Below, in pieces: positions 49,923 through 62,598 of a stretch of 64,000 bases of DNA (its first letter is position 1; each line of letters begins with the position of its first letter). The position numbers were made by a program, and so were the translations under genes. The DNA is from Mobula birostris (Eukaryota). A model generated the notes under the pieces. It ran no database searches. It saw only the letters and a list, made by a program, of their open reading frames with translations, and had not been told where the DNA came from. The stretch covers positions 67,825,717-67,889,716 of the forward strand of contig NC_092380.1 in assembly GCF_030028105.1 (NCBI RefSeq), in the 5' to 3' direction.

Positions 49923-51589
49923 AATGTAAGCTAGCCAATAATATAAACGAGGATACCAAAAGTTTATTTTTTAAAGAGTAAAAGAAATGCAAGAGTAGAC
50001 ATCAGACAACTGGAAAATGATACTCCAGAGGTAGTAATGGGGAACAAAGAAATTGCAAATGAACTGAATCAGTATTTTATGTCAGTCTTCACTGTTGAAG
50101 ATACCAGCAGCATGCCAGAAATCCGAGTGTCAGGAGGCAGATGTGAGTATAGCCACTATTACTGAGGAGAAGGTGCTTGGGAAGCTGAAATCTCTGAAAG
50201 TAGAGAAGTTGCCTGGACCCAGGGTTCTGAAAGAGGTAGCTGGACAGATTATTGGGGAGGCATTAGTAGTAATCTTTCAAGGTCCACTAGTGATTGGCAA
50301 CATATTAGAGTCCATTATTAAGGAGGAGGTATCGGGGTACTTGTACGCACATGATAAAATATGCCGAAGTCTGCACAGTTTTTTTAAGGGGAAATCTCGC
50401 CCAAACAAATCTGTCGAATTCTTTGAGGAAGTAACAGGCAGGATGGACAAAGGAGAGACAGTTGATGCTGTTTACTTGGAATTTCAGATGACCTTTGACA
50501 CGGCGCTGCACCTGAGACTGTTAAAGTAGATAATAGCCCATGGTTTTATGGGAAAGATGCTATTGTAAACAGGAGTTTAGCTGACTGGATGAAGGCAAAG
50601 AGTGCAAATAAAGGGAGCCTTTTCTGGTTGGCTGCTGGTGCCTACTGGTGCTCTGCAGGGTTGGTGTTGGGTCTTTTACTTCTCACGTGACATGTTAATG
50701 ATCCTGGTGATGGAGTAGATGGTTTTGTGGCCAAGTTTGCAGGAGAGGCAAGTAGTATTGAGGAAATAGTTTGCAGAAGGACTTAGACAGATTGGAAGAA
50801 TTAGCAGAAAAGCAGCAGATGGAACACACTTTAGGGATGTGAATGACCATACACTTTAGTAGAAGGAATAAAGGCATAGACTATTTTCTAAATGAGTAGA
50901 AAATTCAGAAATCAGCATTTCAAAGGAACTTGAAGTTCCTAGTGCAGGATTCTCTAAAAGTTAACTCACAGGTTGAGACGATGATAAGGAATGCAAATGC
51001 AATGTTAGCAGTCATTTCAAGAGAACTAGAATATAAGAGCAAGGATGTAATACTGAGACTTTATAAGGCATTGGTTGGACTGCATTTAAAGATTGTGAGC
51101 AATTGTTGACTCCTTATCGAAGAAAGGATATGCTGGCATTGGAGAGTGTCCTGATGGGTTTATGAGAATAATCCCAGTACAAGAGGATTAAGCATTTGAT
51201 GGCTCTGGACCTGTACTCGTTGGAGAATTATCTCATTGAAAGCTAACAAATATTGAAAGTCCTAGATGATACAACATACAGAAAATGTTTCCAATCATGG
51301 GAGGATCTAGGACAGGAAGGCACAGTCTCAAAATAGGAGGAATTTTCTTTAGCCAGATGAATCTGTTGGTGAATCTGTGGAATTCATTGCTATGGGCAAC
51401 TGTGGTTATCAAGTCATTACCTATATTGAAAGTGGGTATTGATAGGTACCTAATTAGTAAGTGTGACAAAGTTATGGGGAGAAGACAGGTGAATAGTTTT
51501 GAGAGGGAAAATAAAGCAATCACAATCGAATGCTGGAGCAGGCTCAATGGGCCCAATACCTAATTCTGCTCCTACATCTTCGTACATAC

Positions 51590-54500
51590 CCATAAAAGCT
51601 TTTTAACTTTACCTATAGTCCCTTCTTCATGTTTCTCACTAGTTTACTCATATTTTACTTTCCCTTCAGCTATTTCTTGGAACTTCTTTGCTGAGTTATA
51701 AAATGTTCCCAATCCACAAGTTCACTGTTATTTCTAGCAACTTTATTAGTCTCTTCTTTTGAATTAATTTGATTTTATTTTTTCAGTTATCCATGAATGA
51801 TTTCTTCTGTCGGTTTTGTGCCTTAAAGGAATAAATTTATTTGCAAATCATTTCCTATTGTTTTAAGTGCTGTCCATAACCTGCCCACATATCTTTTAAT
51901 ATACAGGAGTTGTCTAATCCTATGTGTCCCTCACACTTCCAAAGTTTACTTAGTTTTAAGTTGTTTGGTGTTGAAAGTCCCTATTCTTGGATTGAACTAG
52001 AACATATTTCAAACTCAATGTAAAACTCTACCACATTCTGATTACTCTTCCCTGAAGTCCTCTTTACAAAAAGATTATTAATGAACCCTTTCTCCTTATA
52101 CAAGACTAGATCTAATATAGACATTTTCTAATGTAGAAAGCCAACTTATTTACATTCCATGAATATTGACTTTCAGCTTATTGCCTCTAATTTAACTTGT
52201 CCAGTCTTTATGAAGATTACAGGCCTCCATATTTACTGTATTACCCTGTTAATAGTTTCTTGATTTATACCCAAAACTGCACACTATTTGGTATGTTCTA
52301 TGTAATCCCCACTAAAGTCTCTTTTTTTTTAAGCTTCATCCCAGTTCTAGTTTTATGCCATGATCTGCTAAACCAAGATCCTTTGCCACAACTGAACAAA
52401 TTTCTTCCATTAATAAAAGGACTACCTATATATTTTCCCTTTTTAGCCAATACATCCTGAATGACAAATAACCTTGAATATTTAGCTCCCAATTCTAGTT
52501 AACACAACAAGCACATTTTCTCATTGGCAATTAGATCATACCCATTTACTTTTATCTCTGTTATTTATATATCTGCTCTATGGTGAATGCTGCATGCATT
52601 GAGACACAGTACCTTTTAATCTTGCCCTTTTAACATATTTATTTACTTTGATTCTCTTTGCTGCTTGCAATTGCTCCCTCTGTTCATTTCCCTCACTGCT
52701 TTTCTTTCCTGCATTCCCTCGAAGATTCACACCCACATCTGCCAAACAAATCTAAACATCTCCAACCTCTCCAGCAACCCTACAGCCCTACCAAAATGTC
52801 CAGAGAGGATATTGGCTCTGGTCCCCCTGATGTGCAAGCTACCCAGTTCTTATAGACCCCGCAGCCCCACAAACTATACAATGTCTCAGTAATCTAAAGC
52901 ACTCTGTCTTGCACCACCTCTGAAGCCACATGTTCATTTGCTCTGTTACTGTGAAATGCTGAGGTTTGTCATGAGGTTGTAGCCTTTGAGGTCCTGCTTC
53001 TAAATATCCTTTGCTGTATTTGTTACCAGGAAACACTGAGGTTTGTCATGAGGTTACAGTTTATGAATCTTCTCCAAATCTTTTTTTTTCCCATTTCCTA
53101 AGGTCTGATTACAAAATGTTATCCTTTTTTTACTACCACTGGTTCTTGTGCTTCATCACGTCTATAAATGATAAATACAGGGGAAAAATGTTGACAATAC
53201 TCAAAATTAAGATGTAGAACAATAGATACAAACTATTAGTATTTACCCCCTTTCTTCTTCTGTATTTATACTCTGGCAGGTATGGAGTAATATCAGATAA
53301 CTCTTGACTATTAAGCAAAACCCTATTGTGAAGGCTTGTAATTAGAGGCAACCTCTTGCAGTCTATTCCCTCCCATCATGAAGGTGTCATCTCAGCCCCC
53401 TCATGGTTCACATGTTCTGTCCCATTATTCTTTGTAGTATGCATGTTTCTACCACTGTACACAGCACACCATTGTCCAGGAAATGTGTTTATACAATATG
53501 AGAGAGATGTATATGGGTAAACACCTATAGTGTTTCTTCAACAGATAAATATCCCGTTAATTTTATTTTATCCATGTACTCAGAATAAATGCCTCTTTTA
53601 TATTGTTGAATGAATATCTAAAGAAACAGCAGACTCAGTGGACAAAAGACTGGCAAATGGAATAGAATGTAGGGAAGTATGAGGCCATGAACATAGCTAA
53701 AGGAAATCAAAAGGCAGATCATCTAAATGAAGAGAGATAGAATGGAGAGGGATCGTGCGATCCAGTGAATTCATCACAAGCTGTCAAGCAAGTTCAACGG
53801 GTAGTTAGGAAGGCAAACAAACAGCATTTTGGCCTTCGTTGCAAAGGTGTTGGATATTAAAAATGGGGGGGGGGGTTGGTGAATTTATAGAACATAGAAC
53901 AGTACAGCAAATTACAGGCCCTTCGGCCCACAAAGTTGTGCCGATCCTCAAACCCTGCCTCCCATATAACCCCACCACCACCTTAAATTCCTCCATATAT
54001 CTGTCTAGCAGTCTCTTAAACTTCATGAGTGTATCTGCCTCCACCACTGACTCAGGCAGTGCATTCCACGCACCAACCACTCTCTGAGTAAAAAACTCTT
54101 CCTCTAATTTGTTGCATTCTACAGGATATTAGTGATATCTCCCCTGGAAAACTGCATATTTTTGGTTCACAATGCAAATAAAAGATGGAGTAATATTAGA
54201 GGCAATGCAAAGGTGATTCACCAGGCCAGTTCCTAGGATGAGAGAGAGCTCCTATCAAGAGAGGCGAAATAGCTTGGTTCTGTATTCAATAAGTTTCGGA
54301 GAATGATGGGTGATCATATTGTAAAATATAAGATCCTAATGGTGTTGACAGGATTAATGACAGGATATTTTTACTAACAGGTGAGTCTCAAACAAGGGGC
54401 ATAGCTAAAGATGAAAGGCTGATTATTGAAACTGAGATAAGTAGAATTTCTTTGCCCAGGAGGGTAGTGAGTCTCTCAAAATCTCTGCCCTGGAAGGTAC

Positions 54501-54640
54501 TGAAATTTGGATCATTAAAACCATTTAAACTGGAGATGGATTACTATTCAGTAGATCAAGGATGGAGAGTTATGAAAAAATGCACCAAAGATGAAGGTAT
54601 TAAATGATGACGCAGACTTAAAAGGCCTCTCCCACCCTTA
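51590..54640. mobile_element. Degenerate CR1 fragments (51590-53000 minus; 53640-54640 plus with nested minus 3' end 53888-54108)
   Basis: MNMWLQRWCKTECFRLL (ORF1-like); VVGAWNALPESVVEADTL; (TTCTATG) tail. Confidence 0.65.
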
Positions 54641-55148
54641 TTTTCTTGTGTTGTTGCATCAGTTTCAGTAACAGGGCTGTGGTTACCTATAACAATATCT
54701 CTAGATAAGAAGCAGCAACTGTAACAAGTTGTAAATACAAATGGTACTGAAAGTGTGTAAGTCACTGGCCAGGAATGGCTTGAGTATTCAGACCAAGATT
54801 GCTACCTGCTAACCCGTGTGAGTAATGAGAGAGTAAAACATAATGCTGAACACCAGACTGACCACATGTGCCCTTTACAAAGTGTAGTTGGATATGATCT
54901 CCTTTCCAAGCTCAGGGTTGTTTGTGCAAAGCCTAGCACTCCGGCAACATTCGGCTAACCAAATATAGATTGGAAATTGAAGGTGGAGCCATCATTTGAG
55001 CACGTCACATGTTGCACACTGCATGTACCTTATTGAAATTGGCAGACGTACAGAGTCATATCCAACACTATTGTGCTCAATATCTTGAACAGAGATAGAT
55101 GTTGAGGTAATGTTGCAAATGACCCTTTTTTTGTTATCTGTTTTGCAG

Positions 55149-55195
55149 CAGGATGTCGGCAGCTGAAGGCAGGTTGAGTGCAAAAGCTCTATATG
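55149..55195 (+). CDS. Candidate 47-nt exon of an unidentified gene (only open frame: R-MSAAEGRLSAKALY, then a phase-1 G)
   Basis: Acceptor TTTTTTTGTTATCTGTTTTGCAG (NAGNAG) and donor ATG|GTGAGT; lies in non-TE sequence. No partner exon found. Confidence 0.35.
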
Positions 55196-55224
55196 GTGAG
55201 TTGCAATTCTCCTGAGAGAACTTT

Positions 55225-55560
55225 CTCTTCCGGTTGTACAGCTCTTTAAGATTTGTGCACCTTGTAATCCAGTCTTGTGATCATACTAAAGTTAAGTTGC
55301 ACCACCCTTTTTACCTCTAATTCTCTTTCCTTCATTCCTCAGGGGGTAAGGACCTAAACCCTAGAATTCCCTTCCTGAACTTCTTTGTAATTCTATTCTT
55401 ATCCATCCTCTTTTAATACAGTCCTGAAAATTTGGTTCTCTGGCCAAGCTTTTAATCATCTGCCCCAATATAATCTTTATGTGGTTTGTTTCAGTTTGTT
55501 TGATAGTATACTTGGGAAATATCATGGGACGCTTGTTAAAGATGACATAAAATCTCATTT
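55225..55560 (+). mobile_element. Degenerate L2-like LINE/SINE 3' end (a similar copy is at ~59340-59590)
   Basis: CTAGAATTCCCTTCCTGAAC..CCAAGCTTTTAATCATCTGCCCCAATAT..GTTAAAGATGAC. Confidence 0.5.
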
Positions 55561-57732
55561 GGTCACGTTATAGTACACCATGGCATTGTGCTCTATTTTC
55601 GTAATCAGGTCCATTGAAGGCCATACAACTCTATCACACCTGCACCTGCATGACACAAAGGATGAATCATATCAAGATGTGTTTCATTTTCATTTATACA
55701 AACTTCCATTCCTCATGCATAAAAAAAATTATATTATACTGCATTTGTTATTTAATGCAATTGTGCTCATTCAAATTTAAACATAGATTTGATTTAAGGG
55801 TTAATAATTAAACATAATTGCATTTAGTAACTGAATGACATATTAGCACAAAAACTAGCCTAGCAGTTCTAGAGTCCAAGATCTTAATACCATGACTGAC
55901 ATTCCTCAGTATTTAATTCAGAATTTAAAACAACGTAATATTTTGAAATATATTAATGTCACTTTTAAAACTGCAGGCAGAAAGATTATGCATTCCTTCT
56001 TGCAAACAAATTCAAACTGCCCTTTCTAATTTTATGACAGAGATTTAAATCTACTTGTAAGAATCTAAATTAAATAAATCTAGAACAGTCCTTCAGGGAG
56101 AGCAAAGCATGACATTTATTTTATAATGCAACAGTTAAGCAACAGCTTCAGTGAAAAGACAGACAAATGTTCAGCAGGTGTGAGATTTCCACCCAAAGCT
56201 CTATCCTTCTTTAGTTTGAGGAAGCTGTACACCTGATAACAGAATGATTGCATACAACAGATAACAGAGTTCTAGAACTTCCAACCTGACAGGGCTTGTT
56301 GCTATTACTAAATGACAAATGCTGCAAACATTTCCTGGCAACGAATATCAAATTTGTTATAAGGAAAACACTTGTTACAGTGGGTGATATTTTGAAAATG
56401 ATAACCATGTAATTAAGGTTACTGAGGATCATTGTTTCCTGTAATCTGCTCTAGTTTTACAAGCATCACCAAACCTACCTCATGACCTACCACATTACTC
56501 AGTGTTGTACTTTGGAACAAAGTTCATGAATCAGAAATTAATTTACTTTTTGAGCTGATCTCAGCTCAATATGTAGTCAAGTCCTTTTGCTAGTCTCAGT
56601 TTTCCTAGCTTGCTAGCTCCAGTTCCATTTCAATGCCACTGTCTATCTCTGCCACAAGCAATGCACTACCTTCTTGCCTGGCAGCCAGACTCACCCCAAG
56701 AGTTAAAATATGCCTATTGGGCAGTCAGAAACATTGAATTTTCAACTGACCAACAAAAAAAGCATTTTTTAAATGTCTCAATATCTTTCTGTTATCAAGT
56801 ACCATTGTTGGAATAACTGTGGGATTTGGAGCAACCAAATCACAGATTGTATTTTGGTGAACTACTTCCTTTAAGTTGGAATCAACCTGCCATCTCATTG
56901 GAGTTTAAATTCAAAAGCTGCGAAGTATTTTGTGTTCTGTTAAGTTTTGTTCTGAACAACAGGCATTGGCCTAGATCAAGGTTGCAGTCTGAAATGGTCC
57001 ATTCGAGGAACAATATAGTGGATCATTATTATAGATCTGGGCGGATAAAGAAATATATATTTTACCGTGCAATACCGTTTGTTCGCTGTTTCATATGAAT
57101 GAACTAATTGCTGTATCAAAGCCTGTACCCAGTAGATGTGAACATACAGTTTGACTTTGGACGAATTACATGGTGGCACGTACCAATCTTATGCAGCATA
57201 AGTTATCTGTAAGGAGCCCAGTATTATTATTTCAAAATGTTTGGCATACTGAATTCATTGAGGTGCAAATAATTGATGAGGAATGAGGGAAGATCTAAAT
57301 ATGCACGATGGCTGCACTTTGCCAACTCCACAATGAATAAATGTTTATAAATCTTTCAAAAGGAATTAAGTCTCAGGAAATGCTACTTCCTTGACTGATT
57401 AGATCTGGATCCAGAATATTTGGTGAGGCAGCTCAAGTTCTGAGACAAGAGAATGACGTTATAACCTCTGTTCAGTAGCCAGAGCTACTTATTGAACTTA
57501 AGCCCCTCTTATTGAACTTTGCATCAACTGGACACTTAGTACTAAACCTATATTAACATTTCTGCACTGCCCTGTAGCTGAAATACAGCCATTTCATAAA
57601 TGGTGCTAAAATAATGTCAATAGTATTGTTCTGTTCTTGTTTCTGCCCATCATTGCTTGATAACTCTAGCAAAGTTACTATCAAAAGTCTGAGATTTTGA
57701 AGTATTCAGGAAGCAATAATCATCACTTTTGA

Positions 57733-57810
57733 CTGGGGTTCCCAACTTTTTTTATACTATGGACCCTGCCATTAACCAAGGGTTCATAGACCCCAGGTTT
57801 GGAGTCCCTC
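57733..57810. mobile_element. Small hAT-like MITE
   Basis: Degenerate termini CTGGGGTTCCCAAC...GTTTGGAGTCCCTC and internal TATGGACCCT / AGGGTTCATA palindrome. Confidence 0.5.
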
Positions 57811-57943
57811 CTTTGGACTGATGATGCATCTTTCAGAAAAGTGAAATTTCAGAAATTTCACACACAGACTCCACAATAGTTCCATTTGTCCATGGTTTAT
57901 GCATAAACCAGATGTAACACAAAACCGGAGGAAGATGATTTCT

Positions 57944-58822
57944 GGAAGAAGATGGCACCAGCAAGAAACGTGACCAAAGGTGACTTCCTTCAGACAGTTC
58001 ACAAAACTACTTCTTTCACTTCATTTACTTGAATTTTTTGTTCTTTCAAATGTGGTTGTGCTTCTGTTTGAGCCTGTGATCTACATTTTGTTGGTGTGTT
58101 TTAAGCAATCTGGTGCTTTGCTGTTTCCGAGAGAGTTTGGCGAAATTTCGAATGAAGAAGCCTGGCGATGGGGCACAACTCCATTTCTTGATGATCCTGC
58201 TAATTAAAGTGTCAAAGAAGATTGAAATCAATGAGGACAGGAGCAGAAGGCAGGTAGCTGTTCAGCACCATCGATCTGCGTGTGGGTGGTCTCTCGTTGT
58301 CCCTCTTACTGACTGCTCCCAGAGGAAGGTGCCTATGTACAAATGCTCTCTCTCCCTCTTGCACAAAGTTGGCAAAGGATAGTGCTGGAATCCATGGGCC
58401 TTGGGCAAGGTTTAATCAATACAGAATGGGGATTGGACACTGTCTCATCATGTTATAATGTGTTTCTGGTTTCTGGTCACTCCTTTTTTTGCTGCTGTTT
58501 TGTGTGTTTTGATCAGGGTGAACAAGTGCTGCAGCTGACAGGTAGTGAGAGAAGCAGCTCAAGATTGAACTGAACTGAGCTGAACTGAATATGCCTGGAC
58601 TCTTTCAAAGTCTTTGTGATTTGGTGTTTTGTATTCTGAGTTCCTTGCTTATTTTTTGCCGTTTGCATGATTTGTTCTTTTTTTTGCGTGTAGGTGTTTG
58701 ATGTTTTTCTTTAAACAGGTTCCATGGTTTTTCTTTGTTTCAAGGCTGTCTGTGGGAATTGAAGTCTCAAGACTGTACATGGCATACGTAATTTCATAAT
58801 GAATGTACTTTGAATCATTGAA
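57944..58822 (+). mobile_element. ~880-bp non-coding non-autonomous retroposon
   Basis: Homolog of 44297-45160: GAAGAAGATGGCACC start, internal (CTGAA)n, TACTTTGAATCATTGAA end. Confidence 0.75.
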
Positions 58823-60704
58823 GTATATCACTGTGTTCTCCTCATTCAATACAATCCTACATTGAGAAACAGAAACTCCACTTTTCAGAATTCATTTATT
58901 TAGTAGATCAGACAACAGTTTTAATATCCGTTTCCATTTGTTGACATTTTCAATTAACCAATATCCATGGCCCACAGAGCAAACTAAAAGTTAAGTTTGA
59001 TATTTGCACTATCTAACAGGTGACTTTCTCTCTTTAGGGTTGTCTTATTTGTCTTTTTTATTGACAGCAAAAATTCATCTGCAAGATCAATACATAGAGC
59101 CAGACAAAACGTGTTGTTTAGTGACATGTATTGTAGAAGGAATTGTTTGATCTCTGCAAATCAGGAGCAACACTTGATTGAATTACCCAAAGTCAAAAGT
59201 AGTAATTATTGAAGGTATTATTTTTAGAAAGCTATTTTAGTAAAGTTGTTCATTTCTGAAAAATAAAGGATTAAGGGATTTTGTATAAATACTTATCTAA
59301 TATCACATGTCCCAGTTTCATTTTTTTTGACTTTCTTCCGGGTTTTCCCTTTTCATCATCTTCATATTTAATTGCCCCATCTTTGGCAGCTATGTCCTAT
59401 ATCCTGGAGCTCCTCTCTTAACATCTGCAATTTATCTTTCTTTCTTTAGCATCCTCTTTAAAATATGCCCCATATTCAATCTTTTAGCCATCCACCTTCT
59501 CATTACCCTGTGTTATTCATTGTTGAATATTAGTTGACAATGCTTGTTGAAGTGCTTGTGTTGAAGGCACCATTTAATATTGGTGTATTCAGAAGCGTTC
59601 TACGATTGATTTTAGATTGGTAACATGGCATAGATTAGAACATTTATGCAAGTATTTCTTCCCAGCTTGCATCATTTCAACTGATCAAAGTATTCTTCAG
59701 TGCTCTTCTATTTCAGTTACTTGTCCAAATTCCCTTAAAACGCAACCAATAAAGTTGCCTCAGAGACTCCACGTAGCAGTGAGGTCCACATATTTACCAT
59801 TCAAATCAACATTTCTTGTTGGATTTAATCTGGGCCCTATTTTTTTTGACAGATTGTAAGACCTGTTTTTATGTTAAAATTGTATATAATTCCAATGGTA
59901 CAATAATTAAAGTTTTCCCTTATTAATTAAACAATAGTGTGAGGTTTGTGACTATGTAATGTATGTTATAGGTTTTGTGCAATCTTTCTGTTCCAGATTA
60001 CAAACATTCACAAGCCAGGCAAGGATGCATTCACTTTGCAAAGCCATGATCAGATTGGCAAGGAGAATGAGGGAAATGAGCAGAGGTGACACGAGGCAGC
60101 TAGAAGGGAATGGCTTAATGGGTAGAGGCAGGAGAGTAAAGTTGGCAATTGAAAGAGTTGGCCCTACTAAAGGAGCAATTCTTCTGCCCCGATCTTGGGG
60201 AGGAGATTTGTTGAAGAGACAACTGGAGAAACTGTGTTGGAGTGACACCCGACCTTCATTCTCTGGAGGAACCTAACTGTAGCCCTCCAAACAGGTGCTG
60301 AGATTTCTGATGATCTGCTGGAAGCTGCATAAATATCTTGCCACCAGTCATAACACAAAACCAGAGGAACGTGAAGCAAAGTGTGGTTTTCTGGCCAGGC
60401 CATCATCTTACTGTGATGCCAGTAACACAACCTCAGTCCCATCAGAGGGCTTGATGTACCTCTGTCATTTCCCTCCTCACCATGATTATATGGTCAGAGT
60501 GCAGAAATGAAAGCATTACAAACAAAATTCATAAATCCAACCATGTCATATTGTCTAGGAATTTCAAGTAATTACTTTTGTGCCCATCTTCCATATACCT
60601 TTGTCTGCTTTCCCCCCCACCCCAACCATAAGGTCATTTCCCCAAGAGGCAGGATGGCTGACAAAAGTTTGTTCTACCTGTTTCTTGTGGGTAGATACAG
60701 GATG

Positions 60705-60739
60705 GCTCGCTTCGGCAGAACATATACTAAAATTGGAAC
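60705..60739 (+). pseudogene. RNU6: 3'-truncated U6 snRNA fragment (U6 nt ~3-37)
   Basis: GCTCGCTTCGGCAGAACATATACTAAAATTGGAAC matches vertebrate U6 at 34 of 35 nt. The rest of U6, including the ACAGAGA box and T-tract, is absent. Confidence 0.9.
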
Positions 60740-60824
60740 CTCTGCCTTTGAAGATGGATCCCAGCAGGTCTAGCGCTAGAAGCCCTGGCTTCAGACTTGC
60801 CAGCTACAGGCAATGGGGAGAGCC

Positions 60825-62108
60825 AATCTCCTTCCAGTCAGAACAGAGATAGGGTTCCGGATACTCATTTTTCATCCAACCAGCCTGTACTTCCACCACA
60901 TTATTCTTCAAAACTTCTGAACCCACTACCAGCCTCATCTTCCCTTTCTCTTTCCACTGGGATCACTCTCCCCATGACTCTCTGGTTCACTCATATCACA
61001 CACCTATCCCTCCTCCATTCCTGTAACTGTTGGGGGGTGTAGGACAGAACTAGTTCTTGTACCTCCAGAATCCCAAACATCCAGTCCAGATGAGACAGAC
61101 ATTCACTCACATGTGCTGCCTCCAGTATGGTTGTATCTATACAAATATGTAACAAATAAATAAAGGCAAGCAGTTGGAGGTGAAGTTAACTTGTAAATTT
61201 AACGTTGCAGAGAGAGCAACAAATCAGTGCGCATGGGTAAGTTATCAGCCAATAGTTAATGCTAGGGAAAGTTGTTGTGCTAAAAGAAAAAGATTTGCAC
61301 ACTACAAATGTTGTTATTGTATCCAGTGCTCTCGAGGTGGCCTCCTCTACATCCGTGAGGCCAAGTGCAACTGTTTTGCCAAGCAACTGTGCTCTGTCTG
61401 CCATGACCTTCAGAAACTACGGGTTACCAATTATTTTAATTCTCCTCCCCATTCCCATCCCAATACGACTGGGTTCAGCTTCCTATACTGCCACAGTGAG
61501 ATTAAACACAAACTAGGGGGACAATATATCTTATCCTTCTTGGTTAACCTACACCTCCAAGGCATGAACATTGAATTCTCCAATTTCAGTTCAACTGTTC
61601 CTTTTTGTCCCTATTCTATCTCCTTCTGATCTACCCAGTTCCTCCTACACTCACTCAAGTCCCTCATTACCCTATTTCCTTCTCCCTTCCACTCACTTCA
61701 TCTGCCCTTTGTCTACACACTCCATTCATTGGGTCCTCTTCCTCACTTCCAATCTGCCTGCCCTACTTCCTTTACTTGGTCAATGCTCCACCTTCCACAT
61801 GTATCAAAGCCCATTATCTTCAGTGCTCCATCACCTCCACTATCACTTCTTAGCCCTTGTCACTATTTCCACTCTTCCATCCTGCATCTCCCAGTCACCC
61901 TTCCTCACTTGAATCCACTTGTCAACCACCAGCTCTTGTTCCACTCCTTCCCTTCTTCAAACTTGCTATCAACTCTCTATCCTTCAGTCCAGATGAAGTG
62001 CCTTGACCTAAAGTACCAACTGTTCATCTTCCTCCGCAAACCTCTGAGTTGCTCCAGCTTCTTGTTTGCTGTGTTCCAGATTCCAGTATCTGCAGTCTCT
62101 TGTGTCTC
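60825..62108 (+). mobile_element. Old Penelope-like element
   Basis: CYCIQCSRGGLLYIREAK (GIY-YIG remnant), GMNIEFSNF, pyrimidine tract and decayed tail. Confidence 0.75.
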
Positions 62109-62334
62109 CTTCCCCACTCTGCATTGGCTAAAACCATCAAAAGAATCCATGCATGTTTAATGAGTCTTCTCATTTGCCTGTGATGCTGAAAGTTTGATAA
62201 AATTTTAATAGCCACGGGTTAATGTTCTGAAAATTCATGCAACTGCATTTGCCAGTGATAACGAAGTCTGAAGAAACATGGCCTCTTTCACGTGAGCTCT
62301 TCTTTCCCATAAGGAGTAACTTAATTTGGGAACA

Positions 62335-62598
62335 GCTTCCTTCCAACTGTGATAAGACTGCTGAACGGATCCTGACCTAGATCTGGGCCGTACCTTCCAA
62401 ATATCCGGACCTGCCTCTCAGTTTTTTTGCACTACCTTGCTCGCCATTTTACTATTTTCTATTTATGATTTATAATATAGATTTTTAATATTTACTATCA
62501 ATTTGTAATCCAGCGAGTGGGAAGCACAGAATCAAATATCGCTGTGATGATTGTATGTTCTAGTATCAATTGTTTGGCGACAATAAAGTATAAAGTAT
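62335..62598 (+). mobile_element. Rex1/Babar-type 3' end
   Basis: ACAGCTTCCTTCCAACTGTGATAAGACTGCTGAACGG start (encodes NSFLPTVIRLLN); AATAAAG(TATAAAG) tail. Confidence 0.65.

Larger units (their letters stand above)
41560..51580 (+). mobile_element. Near-full-length CR1 (ORF1 esterase end, ORF2, 3' UTR) split by four direct insertions
   Basis: ORF1 DLHLNHAGTRVLA; ORF2 pieces rejoin across ~42611/44276, ~44296/45165, ~45213/45951 and ~46505/49925; ends VNLWNSL plus 3' UTR. Confidence 0.8.

Noticed and set aside
52935-53060. 20-nt direct repeat CTGAGGTTTGTCATGAGGTT at 77-bp spacing
   Set aside because: Only two units, part of a small tandem duplication at the edge of a CR1 relic; not CRISPR-like.
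55343-55351. Possible 3-nt microexon CAG|GGG|GTAAGG
   Set aside because: It lies inside a degenerate L2-like 3' end and has no independent support.
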